Source of the DNA: Podarcis cretensis
Taxonomy: Eukaryota
Length of the DNA stretch: 64,000 nucleotides
Assembly (NCBI GenBank): GCA_951804945.1
Contig: OX638156.1
Coordinates: 35,464,001 to 35,528,000 of the forward strand
Reading direction: 5' to 3'
Notes under the pieces: model-generated
What the model was told of the DNA's origin: nothing
What the model saw: only the letters and a program-made list of their open reading frames with translations
Databases searched by the model: none
Position numbers and translations under genes: made by a program
In this document: in pieces, positions 1 through 11,209 of the stretch
Layout of the letters: the number at the start of each line of letters is the position of its first letter
Numbering within the stretch: position 1 is the stretch's first letter

Positions 1-782
1 ATGAATTTTAGATGTTTTAATCTAGAGATGATTTGAAGGGTAACAGATATGGATAATTGAAGGGGAATTGAATTGATTTGAAATGGGATCTGTTGGGACC
101 TTAACTGGGATAAATGAAATGAAGAAGAGCTGGTTTTTAGTGATTTGGGGCAAATTAACTGAGGGATTTATCTGGGAAGTTAGTTGCCTTATCTCAGTAT
201 CATTCCAGGGTAACTACACTTATGTACACTTCCTTTGCAGTAAGTCCCTCTGGACTGAGCAGGCTTGCTCCACCTTCAAAGGCAAAATAAAGACAATTGA
301 ATGAGGACATTAGTGTGGGAATGTTCAGGGTGGCAGGAGAGGATATATTGCTTATTAATATCCTTCCTAACTTGAGCTAGCAAGTTCCTTTACTTAGCGG
401 AATGCATTCCCCTTTACACAGCAGAAAACTAGTTACAAACTCATGTGAGTTTCTTAAGACAATACACAATTCAATCTGGCCTTTAGCCATGGCCCCTTGA
501 ATGTTGCAAGACTATAGCTCCCAACAGTGCCAGCCAGCATGGCCAATGGCCAGGGATAATGGGAGTTGTAGTCTGAAAACATCTGGAGGGTGGTTTTGCT
601 TGTGGAGACAGAAGAAAAAGAAGGCAATTTCTGCCTTTCCCAACCTGGTGCCCTCCAGATGTTTTGGACTACAACTCCAATCAGCTCCAGTCAGCTCTGG
701 TAGCTGAGGCTGATGGAGGTCGGGGGGTCTAAAACATCTGGAGGACACCACATTGCCCAAAACTATTTTATTTAGTTATTCA

Positions 783-1040
783 GAGAGCCAGTGTGGTGTA
801 GTGGTTAAGAGCGGTGGACTTGTAATCTGGGGAACCGGGTTCGCTTCCCCGCTCCTCCACATGCAGCTGCTGGGTGACCTTGGGCTAGTCACACTTCTCT
901 GAAGTCTCTCAGCCCCACTCACCTCACAGAGTGTTTGTTGTGGGGGAGAAAGGGAAAGGAGAATGTTAGCCGCTTTGAGACTCCTTAAAGGGAGTGAAAG
1001 GCGGGATATCAAATCCAAACTCTTCTTCTTCTTCTTCTTA
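783..1040 (+). mobile_element. tRNA-derived CORE-type SINE (Squam3-like) with (CTT)n tail
   Basis: tRNA-like head with A box (TGGTGTAGTGG) and B-box-like GGGTTCGCTTCCC, CORE-like GCTGGGTGACCTTGGGCTAGTCAC, 3' tail CTCTTCTTCTTCTTCTTC. Confidence 0.85.
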
Positions 1041-1633
1041 CTCACTCTGAGATGAACCTGCTTAAGACTGGAGCAAATAGAAACAGGACAAGATTCATTA
1101 GCAGTGATTTCTCTTGTTCAGGAACAGGGATGATTGATTTTTAGTTCCTGGGCCAGAAAGTAGACATTCTAGTAAGAGAATCTATTTTATAAGTGCCATT
1201 TCAGACAAATTAGCAATTTTTTGCCAAATACTTTGTTAGAAGCTACTCCCCTGAGGGTGATGGACTGATTCCTTTAATTAGAGCTGAACATGCAAGCTGA
1301 TGCAAAGCTTGTTAATGTGGGTGGAAAGCGGGCCTCTGAGCCAGCAGGCAACAGCCTCCCAACCAAAACAGAAGGACGTCAACAGTGAGTGGTGGGTGCA
1401 GAGTCCAAGAGTGGCACCCTGCTGGAAAAATGGCCCTTTGCAAAGTGACATGGGTAAACTGACAGATTGCTGCCCCGAGGACCTTGCAATCTGGAAATGT
1501 GACAGTGGAGGAGGCAATGAAGGAAGGCAAGCAAAGTCTGGGGGAAGCAGCAGCAACCGGGAGCTAGCGGAGTTACATGCAGAGGAAGGAGCTTTGTGCA
1601 TACTGGGGAGGAGAGTTTAAAAGGAGGCATTTA

Positions 1634-2160
1634 TTTTTTAAAAAAAGATATTTATTAAAATTTTCCAATTTAATACAAAAAGAAAAACAACAGACAAAAA
1701 AGCAAAAATACACAGTTAAAACAAAACAAAACAAATATAATTCCCATTTCTTATTTCCATTACTTTATATCCCGCACCTCCTCTCACCTCCCCCTTTTGT
1801 ATTCCAATTCAAATTCTTAATTCAGCAAATCCTTATTATAACTTAATATAACTTATTTTAGCTTGTTGTTCAACCTTTACATTACAGCTGGTAACCATTT
1901 AATTTCTGTCCAACATCATTCTAACATTCGTTAATTTTGCAGTATTTCTGTAAATAGTCTTTAAATTTCCTCCAATCCTCTTCCGCCGACTCTTTTCCCT
2001 GGTCTCGGATTCTGCCGGTCATTTCTGCCAATCCCATGTAATCGATCATCTTCATCTGCCATTCCTCCAGAGTGGGTAAATCTTGTGTCTTCCAATATTT
2101 TGCGATAAGAATTCTTGCTGCAGTTGTCGCGTACATAAAGAAAGTTCTGTCCTTCTTTGG
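1634..2160 (-). mobile_element. 5'-truncated L1-clade LINE (ORF2 C-terminus plus 3' UTR)
   Basis: Minus-strand peptide AARILIAKYWKTQDLPTLEEWQMKMIDYMGLAEMT resembles L1/Tx1 ORF2 ends; AATAAA and A-rich tail near 1634-1655; perfect 16-bp TSD taaaaggaggcattta at 1618-1633 and 2161-2176. Confidence 0.85.
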
Positions 2161-2349
2161 TAAAAGGAGGCATTTAAACGGCGTCTGTTCTGGGAAGAGC
2201 CGGCAGGATCACCAAAGGGAGCAGGGCATGGCTGGGTGCCTTAGAGGGGGAGAGGGGGGAGGTGGCAACACTGTGCCACAAATTGCCCTAAGCCAGGCAG
2301 TGGGGAAGGCAGACACTCTCATCAGGGTGCCTACCTATTTCTTCCTGCT

Positions 2350-2351
<2 letters not shown>

Positions 2352-2383
<32 letters not shown>
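2352..2383. repeat. (GT)n microsatellite
   Basis: Direct dinucleotide run. Confidence 0.95.
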
Positions 2384-2386
<3 letters not shown>

Positions 2387-2450
2387 CTGATATAGCATAA
2401 GGTGCTATCAGTCTCCAGCATGCACACTCGCTCTCCCCCTCTCTCAGAAA

Positions 2451-2900
2451 TAGGGATGCATGAAAGCTGGTTTCTCTCGGGTTCTCATTTTTCTACCCTT
2501 TCACTTCAAGTCTCTGTATTTCCATATCAGTTTGCATTTTTTAAAAAAAATAAAATAAACAACCCTCATGAAAATCAACCAGCATTTTTTAGTGCCCATT
2601 TCCTCTGATATACACATTTTCCTATGCAATTTTGCATAATATACACAATTTTGCAAAGTGATTTCCTCTGAGAGAATCCATTTTTGAATCTTATTTTCTC
2701 TTACATTTTGAATGCACACTCTGTGCTGCTATATGCATTTTTGTCCACTTTGCTCAGCTGGAGAACGGCACCACAACATTTGGAGAAGTGCAAATTTCGA
2801 AGGGTGGCTGCATTTCAGTTTGCATATTGTTTGGGAAAGTGTGGATTAGGGTAGGTTCACCTTTAAATGTGAACTGCATCAAATTCCTCCACCAAACCTA
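2451..2900. mobile_element. Old non-autonomous DNA transposon (hAT-like)
   Basis: Starts TAGGGATG and ends ACCAAACCTA (degenerate inverted termini), AT-rich interior; no clean TSD. Confidence 0.4.
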
Positions 2901-5900
2901 GGGCTCAGAAGTAAAAGACAAGGCTGCTTCTACAATGCCCTACTCCCCCCCCCCCCCACGAACTCTGGAGCCTTTAAAATCTCTGTGCTTGGTGCTTTCC
3001 TCTTTTAGAAATCAACTTCTTGGGAAAGGGGTGGAGTGCGTTCTAAACCCCCCACCACCTTGGCTGCTGGCTCCAGCTACACCCACCCATGGCTTGCTGG
3101 AGGCCTAAGATTATGGTGCCCCTGGCCCCATTTGCTGCTCAGTGGTTTTCAGAGCAGTTTCCTCTGTCCTTTCGAGAACAAAAGGCCAGGCTGCCAGGGG
3201 GGCTTTGTCCTCTCAAAGTGGCAGGGGGACAAGGTGGTTCAGCATCCATCCCCATCCATCATTCCTTCCCACGGTCTCTGCATGACTCCAGGTCCAAATA
3301 AATGGCAGAGGTGGACCCAGGATTTTTGTGTGTACCTTTGTCACTAAGGCACTCTGGAGAGTGCTTTCAGTCCTTGCTAAAAAACCCATAAAGTTGGCAC
3401 GCTATTATTCTCCATGTGGGAGCCCCACAGAGAGGAGTGCAAAAAAGAATTCTCTGAATAGCAAAGTGCACAAGGAAGGCGGGAAACCCTTTTATATCCA
3501 CACCTCCACTTCCAAGAAGAAAACAAGGACCCCCACAGCCCTGAGAGGAGGAAAGAGAATGAGAGCAAGAGAGGGGTGGTCAGGTTCCAGCTCTTGAGCG
3601 AGTGAGCAAGTGAATAGAGATCAGAAAACTTAGCAACAGAACTGCAGGTCATGTTCTTACGCCTCTCATTTCTGCAGAAAAGGTCACAGCACAGGGAACA
3701 GAAAGCTGCCACGATGGCATCTTGACATTTAGAGCTTCCTGACAGGTTCCACTAAGCGATGCCTGGAAGTAGACAAAGGCAGCCCAGCCCAGTCCACTTA
3801 GCTATAGCTTCAAATGGCTGGAGGGACATCCAGGCCAGGGGCCCAGCCTAGAGGTGGTGGCACTTTGGCACAGGAGCTTGGTCTTTGCAGCCAAACTGGT
3901 GAAGAATCATCCCCACCTCGGTGTGGAATTGCCACCTGTTTCTTTGATAGCTCCAGAACTGGGCATCTCGCCATGTCTATGGAACATCTGTAAGCAGGCT
4001 CGTCGTTCAGATTGGGAAGTGGTAACTAGCAGGGCAGCAGGGCACCTCTGATTTGAGGTTCCTTTGGCTAATCTGTATTAAGCCATTGAAAAGTCCTCCC
4101 TGAATTTCCCCAGTTGGTAAGTGTGTGAGCTGATGCAGGATCCCTGGGTTCAAATCTCATCTTAAACTTCGGTGCCCTTATCTAAGGCCCTGTTTCCTCA
4201 AGTTCCCCCAGATCTGGACACTCTTCACCCTCACAGGTCTCTTGCAAGGATGACTACATATGGGAAGCACTTTGAACCCACAGCAAATGGTGTGTGTGTG
4301 TGTTCAAAATAAATGTAAGCTTTTAGGGTGCTTCCTATGGCTGCCTAGAACCATGAATGAATGCATAGTATGCCTGTTCATTTGCAGAAAAAAATGGAAA
4401 ACAAAAGGCAGGAATCTGGAGACTGCAGGCTTTGAAACCTCCAAATCTCTTGGGTGGGAGGGCTTTTGACTTCTCTCTTGGACTGCGTGGGTGCTAGTGT
4501 GTGTTCGCATGAGTGTTGTGTGTTTGTATGAATAGAGTGTGTGGGAAGGTGAAGTGCAAATGGGCGCAACGCAAGTTCCACAATGAGTGCGCCACCATCC
4601 GTGACTCTCACTTGCTGCTAAAACGCTTTTAGTATCCCTTGACCTTTCTGGAAAGGCTCTGCAGTCTTTTAGCTTTTTACAATGTCGGGGGTGCACCCTG
4701 CAGAACGGGAACAAAGTGACCTACAAACTCCTCACTGCCTGGCCTTGATACAAATTCCGCTGTGCTCCCTTGCTGCTTTTACCGTAAGTGCAGCTTAGGA
4801 AGCCCCAGAGCTCAAAGGCTCTCAACTGCAGCCAGGAAGGTTGCTGCTTTTTGGCCCTTCAGAGCGGCCAGCGGGGATGGGAGCTGAGCTCCAGTGCTGG
4901 TTGCCCTTGGGAGAGCTCAGCTGCAACAGCAGGATGCAGCTGCAGTCATGCCGAGACTGCAAGACTGTGCCCGCTTGACCTGGGAGGAGTAAGCCCCGCT
5001 GAACTCATTGGGACTTACTCAGAGTAGGCATGTGCAGGATTGTGCTGTGAATCCCTTTTGTCTGCTTTTTGCATGCCAAAGGAGCAGCTGCTAAATTGGC
5101 ACCCATCCATCTAGTGGCTGTTCAGAGAAGACTTAAGTTCTAATCCATGATTATTTATTTTTAAAAGTAATGCTTTAAAAGTAAAGCTTAAGGCAGTGAT
5201 GAGACAGCTGTAGCAGAAATGGACATGCGCATCTTATAACTAGATATGTGCTTTCTTTTTTCTTTTTCTAAGAACCTTGTATTCCTCCCGAATCCCAAAG
5301 AGTAGCTATGATCAAAAACAGTGACAGGCTCTAGGTAAGCGAATGGGCCACTTGCTAATTTCTTGCTGGTCTCCTCACACCTGCTGGGAATCTTGCAGAC
5401 CCTGTTAAGTAACAGGCTCCAAATTTACTGGCTTGCTTTTCACTTGGGATTGGGCTTTCCAATGGCAACTAAATATCTTGCTCCAGTATACGGTAATTTT
5501 GGAATTAGAGCAATGCAGTTAGTGAGAGAGAGGGGAAGAAGATACCTTCTTACTTGCTTCCCTTTGCCCACCCCCTCATGTGAGATTTCTCAAGAGAGTT
5601 TTCCTGTCTCCAGGCGAATTCACTTGTCTCTCTACATCTCAGCACCCACCCATATCTCATCCTTATGCATATTGTGAATCCCTTGTGCCTCCTTGCCCGT
5701 GTGACATTCTTATCCAGCTACTGCTGTCCCACACTTTCTCTTCACTAAATCCAGAGATCCCCTTTGCTTTGAAAATTCATATAGGAGAGCTGCATCAATT
5801 GCATATAGGGAATCTCTGGATATATGGAGGGGAAAGTTTGGGACAGTAACAGTTAGAGGGGAGCACCACATAGACGAAATCCACAGTAAGATGAGGTATG

Positions 5901-6792
5901 GAAAGCCCATAGTCTTACCTATTTCTTAGGACCATTGTGAGGCTAAATGTACACAAAACAGCCTTTGCCTGCATTCCCTCCTTTCCCTAGGGCATATTCT
6001 AATGTGTTAAACTAGTGTGTTTTTCCTAGCGCCTATCTGGTTAGGGGCTTATCTGTGCTGCATATGTAGATCCATGCACACACATGGCAGAGTCTTCATT
6101 ACCATTATTCCTGCATAATTCTTCTTTTCATTCAAAGCATGCTGCCTACATTCTCCCAATCTTTTAAGGGTTGTTGTAAGACTGGGAGGGGTCTGTGCAG
6201 GAGAAGGCTAATGGATCCAGAGGTCTTGCTGGAGTGTCTCTTAACAGTCCTGGGCAAAGTTGCCAGATGCATTATTTATTAGGGAGACTACAGGTGATGT
6301 GTTTCCATGGGAGTTAATTGTTCAGTGATTGCTTCTTGATACAGATCCACTGCTACTGGCCAGAAGCATTGCAATGCATGGCCTCTGAATACAGTACTAA
6401 GGTTCCATTTAGCTGTAAGGGCTACTAGCTATCCAGACATGTTGCCTCCACAAATTTAACTTCTGCATTTATCCAAACCACCCCAGTATGAGCAACCATC
6501 AGCTCTTCTTCAGGTGGGAGTGAGTGCCTAATAATAATACTGCCCTTCAGCAAAGGAACACAGGGTGGTTTATAACATAAAAACACAAAAATGCTCAACA
6601 TAGTAACAAAAAAAAGCAATAACCCCCCCGCAGTTTAAAAAGCCATAGATTGTTGTTATTATTTATTATGTTTTTTCTGTCAGTCAATTCCATTAGCTAA
6701 TCATGTGTGGTGTGAATAAGTCCTTCCAGCTTCCTTCTCTCTTGCTAAGCATCTTCTCCATTCATGTGATGTGAATCTCCCTCTCCTTGCAG

Positions 6793-6908
6793 ACAGCCCC
6801 TCCGCTCCAGTCAATGTCACAGTCAAGCTCCTGAAAGCCAACTCAGCTGTTGTGACCTGGGACGTCCTGGAAGAAGAGGTGGTCATAGGATTTGCCATCT
6901 CCCAGCAG
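6793..6908 (+). CDS. FNDC5: FNDC5 (irisin precursor) coding exon, start of FNIII/irisin domain
   Basis: (D)SPSAPVNVTVKLLKANSAVVTWDVLEEEVVIGFAISQQ; acceptor ctccttgcag, donor CAG|gtaggt; 116 bp. Confidence 0.97.
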
Positions 6909-7477
6909 GTAGGTGGCAAAGTCCCTTCCCGTAAAACTGGACTTTTTGCAAGATCAGAATGGAGGTTCAATAAACAGCCAGTGTTGTCTAACCTATCAGC
7001 AACTTTGTGCAGTTGAATCAGTAAAGAGGTTGTCTGGAAGCAACCTCAGATTCAGAATTGTTTCTTTGCATCTAGTCATCAGATCTTAAAATAAGAATTT
7101 AACAATGGAATCTACGTATCCTTATGAAAGTAGCACTAGTTGACAAAAAAATAAAATAAATAATATTCTGACTATCCCTGGCAAATCACAGCATTTGCTT
7201 TCAGTTCCTATTTTTAACAGATGTAAAAATAAAAGATATACACAAACCTAAATAAATTTATATGAAACCTGAACAAACTGTTACAGTAATTAAGAGGCTG
7301 ATGCAACTCACTGCCTAAAGAATTTCCTTGTCAATCAAATTTCAGAAAGATGCAATGACTCTCTCTTCCCTCCTTCCATTCAGACATTCCCCTGTCATCA
7401 GAATTTAAAGGTCTTCTGACACCTTGTCCTGTGAGCAAAAACAAGTTATTTCAAAGCAGCAAGCAAATGATTGGGAC

Positions 7478-8164
7478 CAGTGGCATAGGAAGGGGTGTGC
7501 GGTGGGGCGGTTCGCTCTGGGTGCCACAAATGAGGGAGCTGACAAACTGGAGAAAATAAGTATTTTTAAAATAAACTTATTGTAGCACCTCTCCGAGAGG
7601 TTGGCAGGGCTCCCCGGGTCCCAGATGCCTTGGGACCTTTGTCCAGCCCACAAACCAGCCGGCCAATTGGCTGTGGCTGGGGGCAGGGCAAAGGCAAGGA
7701 AAGGGCTGGTGCTGCCAAGGCCAGCTTCCTTAGCCTCCTGCCGGCAGCAGTTGGGTTTTTTGGGCCACTGCCGCGGCCTCCGCAGGCTGCTGCTTCATGT
7801 TTCAACCACCCTGATAAGAGGAGAGGAGAGTGATTAAAAGCAGTCACTAAACTGTGTCTCAGTGAGCTCTTGCAAAAACATGGGAACCAAAAGCAGCTGG
7901 GAGGCAGGTCCCTGAACCAGTGGCCTTAGCACCTGCCAACAGCGGTTGGGCTCTGGGGCGCGTGGGCACTGCAAACGACCTCCTGGGCCGCTAAGCCAAA
8001 GCTGTTTATGCTCACAATGTTTAGTAAATGAACCAGAAAATAACACTTGCGACTCTAAGTATCTTAATTTTCTTTCTTTTAATAATTTGAATGTGTGTGT
8101 GGTGGTGGGGGGGTTGATAAGGAATTTTCCGCACTGGGTGCCACCTGGCCTTGCTATGCCTCTG
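7478..8164. mobile_element. Non-autonomous hAT DNA transposon in FNDC5 intron
   Basis: TIRs cagtggcatag / ctatgcctctg; perfect 8-bp TSD attgggac at 7470-7477 and 8165-8172. Confidence 0.8.
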
Positions 8165-8261
8165 ATTGGGACAGGCTCTGGTTTAAACCATGGGACCTCC
8201 TGCTGCCATTTCTCATTTGGCCCTTTGGAATATGTGGGTGTTTTGCTTTCTCCCCCTGCAG

Positions 8262-8460
8262 AAGAAGGATGTCAGGATGCTGCGCTTCATCCAGGAGGTG
8301 AACACCACCACCCGCTCGTGCTCCCTCTGGGACCTGGAAGAGGACACCGAGTACATTGTGCACGTCCAGTCCATCAGCATCCAAGGCCAGAGTCCAGCCA
8401 GCGAACCAGTCCACTTCAAGACCCCCCGGGAAGCGGAGAAACTAGCTTCCAAAAACAAAG
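8262..8460 (+). CDS. FNDC5: FNDC5 coding exon (rest of irisin domain), GC donor
   Basis: KKDVRMLRFIQEVNTTTRSCSLWDLEEDTEYIVHVQSISIQGQSPASEPVHFKTPREAEKLASKNK; acceptor ccctgcag; 199 bp ending AAAG|gcaagt keeps frame with next exon. Confidence 0.95.
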
Positions 8461-9796
8461 GCAAGTCAGGAGGAGGCTGTGGGCCCCGGGAGGTGGGAGA
8501 CAAGGGACACTGTTTGCAGGAGGGCAGCAAAGTGGAGCTGCAAGAAGTGGCAAAGGGACCCCACTGAGCCACTGCTGTCAGCTGGGATGGAGTACCAGAA
8601 GAAGGTAAGAGCCAGCAGGAGATAATTCTCATTTTGCGCACCCTGCCTCTTCCAGGGGGAGGGTGTCCACTGCTGTGGCCCCTTCCTCCAGGGCCCTCTA
8701 GCTGGTCAGATGAACATCCTTCTTTCAGCACAGCTGGGAAGTGGAAGCAAGCAGCTGGAAGGCCTAAACTGGGGCTGTGCAACATTTGCTGCTGCTGCCA
8801 ACACCTCTGCCCAAGAGGGAATGCATCAGCCCTGCCTTGCGACCTGCCAGGCGCACGATACAGCCCTTGGGTTACTGGGCCTTTTCAAGCACCTGCCCAG
8901 CTGGAAGAAAAGGCGAATCTTCTGTGTGTGTATTGGGGGGTGGGCTCTGCATTGTGCGGATTTGTGCAAAAGGGCTAGGGAGGTATACACCCACATCAGG
9001 CACCACAGCAGCCTTTCCAGGTTTGCAAAAATCAGTTTAGTGGCTGGGAAAACAGCAGGGAGGAACAGAATAGTGGGGGGGCAGGGGTGGGGGGGGGGAC
9101 AACAACGACTGACCTAGCACCCAGCAAGGCAGAAGGGGGTAGAAGTTGCTCATCACTCAAGTGTGAGAAAACCTTGAACATTCTGAAATCCTCTGGGTTG
9201 TACCAAAATGAGGTTTACTCAGTGCAGACCCAGTAAAATGAAAGGATATGACTGACGTAGGGCCAGTAAGGGGTCTACTCTGAGTTAGGACAGGATGACC
9301 ACTTACACATCACTAAAAAAGAGGACACAGGTCTGCTTTTGTTTGTTTATACACATGTAGAAATAATAACTATGAATTAAATAGAAGCACAGCATATCTT
9401 CTCATAGCTGGGGAGACCTTGACCAGGTCCCTTGTGAGGGAGGGGCTGAGGGTGCCATGGTTTGTTTCTCCAAGCTGAGAGGTGTCTATCTAAAAAGCCT
9501 CTGCAATGCCACAGGATGCTGCTGCCTGGGGCTGATGGAAGGTGTGGTCCAAAATGCCTGGACACCACCAGGTTGGCAAAGGCTGCTATCAGAGACTCTG
9601 AGGTACATTGGGGGAAGCCACATGGTCCTCTCACCTAGGGATACCTTGCATACTTGAAAGCCGTGCTTCACAAGTCAACTCTTTGCCCAATTCTTTGCTT
9701 AGGGTAACAAAAATCTGTGAGGGTAAGTTTGGAATGGAGCTAAGGTCCGCCTGCCATCTCTCTCTCTCTCTCTCTCTCTTCCCCCATCCTGTGCAG

Positions 9797-9889
9797 ATGA
9801 GGTGACGATGAAGGAGATGGGAGAGAAAAACCAGCAGCTGCGAGCCGGGGAGATCCTCATCATTGTCGTGGTCTTGTTCATGTGGGCAG
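9797..9889 (+). CDS. FNDC5: FNDC5 coding exon (juxtamembrane and transmembrane start)
   Basis: (D)EVTMKEMGEKNQQLRAGEILIIVVVLFMWA(G); acceptor gtgcag, donor G|gtcagt. Confidence 0.96.
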
Positions 9890-10384
9890 GTCAGTAGGAG
9901 TCCCTTAAATGCATGCAAAATAAATGCATGTATTGGGGGTTTTTGGACAGAGAATTTTGTGCACACAAAAAGACCATGAAGACACATGCGCAGGTGGTCA
10001 TAACTGGGCAGTTGTTTTCACAATATCCCCGCCTGTGTGAGTTGGATGCTTTAAAAAGTACAAGAGGAGAGGCTGCTGCCCCAATTATGTTTCCAAACCG
10101 AACACAGATCAACCAGCAGAGGAAAGAGGGCAGAGGGAGGAATGAATGTGGAAGAATATGCAGTTATTTGGGTTGCATGTGCTTGGGTTTGACTATAATC
10201 AAGTATGGAGATTATTAGAATTTTACCAACTTTAGCCCAGCTTGCACACATGTATGGTTGTTATCTTTCTAGATTTTGTTTTGTTTCCAATGTGCTCTTA
10301 TCCAGCTTGTTTCCTGGGGTGGATCTAAACACAGGGGGGAAAACGCTATAAAAAAAGTCAGAAGTTAGATTGTTAAAACAAAAG

Positions 10385-11209
10385 TGTCAGAGCTGCCCAA
10401 GGTCCCAGCTCACAAAGGACCAAAGCCAGGTCGTCATTATATACAAAAGTCTTTATTGAAGTTCAGTTTCCATTCCAAAGCCGTAGCGCGCAGCTCTACA
10501 TCTTAAACCTTAGACCGCCGAAGTTCCGTCTGAATCTCCTCCCCCCTGACACCAGTTTAAGATTCTCGCCCTGCTCTACCTCTTCCTCTGCTCTCTTCTC
10601 CTCTGGGTCCTCCTGTCCGCTGGGGCATTCCCCTTTCTGGACTCTTCTGACGCTGAGTCCCCTGACTCCTCCCCCTGTCTCCGGCGGGCTTTAGGACCCG
10701 GCTCCCAATCCTTGTTCTCTGCTGCCCCGCGCGCCTGTACTTTTGAACTTGGCTCTCGCGCCAACCCAGTGACCTTCCTCCTGACCGTTGCACTGCTTCT
10801 GTCACTGCTTCCCTCTTCCGGGATGCTAGCCGGACCTGACCTCCCCTCCGTTGCCTGACTCTCCGATGGAGGCGTGGTCAGCCCTGACTCCTCTTCTCTC
10901 CCTGCTGGGGGAGACGCTACCCCCGATACCTGGGACTCTTCCCCCCCACTATGCTCAGGTGGGGAAGCTGGTCCTGATCTCCAACTGCTGCTCTGGGAGT
11001 CCCCGCTGGTCCCTTGCTTCTGGAGTGTCCCCCTTGGGACCCCCCTTGCCCTGGCCACCGGCGCCCCCTTCTGTGAATCTTCCGATTCACTGGAGAGGCT
11101 CATGGAATCTCTCGGGCCACTGTCATCTTCTCCTACGCTGCCCTCAGATTCTTCCCCTTCGCTCTCCATCTCCCCTCTTCCCTTTGCTTCTGCTCCTGAG
11201 CCCCTGACA
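10385..11209 (-). mobile_element. Solo LTR (Gypsy/ERV-like), antisense in FNDC5 intron, containing a 197-aa ORF
   Basis: TGTCA...TGACA termini; 5-bp TSD aaaag at 10380-10384 and 11210-11214; minus-strand AATAAA at 10452-10457; CpG-rich relative to flanks. Confidence 0.85.
10576..11169 (-). CDS. Hypothetical LTR-encoded low-complexity protein (acidic N-terminus, basic C-terminus)
   Basis: ATG in good context (GAGATGG) 40 nt inside the LTR; 197 codons open; ends RRTQRRREQRKR; coding status unproven. Confidence 0.4.
   Translation of the reverse strand: MESEGEESEGSVGEDDSGPRDSMSLSSESEDSQKGAPVARARGVPRGTLQKQGTSGDSQSSSWRSGPASPPEHSGGEESQVSGVASPPAGREEESGLTTPPSESQATEGRSGPASIPEEGSSDRSSATVRRKVTGLAREPSSKVQARGAAENKDWEPGPKARRRQGEESGDSASEESRKGNAPADRRTQRRREQRKR

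Noticed and set aside
1-6790. FNDC5 signal-peptide exon
   Set aside because: No ATG plus hydrophobic leader with a phase-1 donor that I could support; probably upstream of the window
7946-8785. 220-aa (+) and 190-aa (-) ORFs
   Set aside because: Alternative or antisense frames over a GC-rich FNDC5 exon and a hAT element
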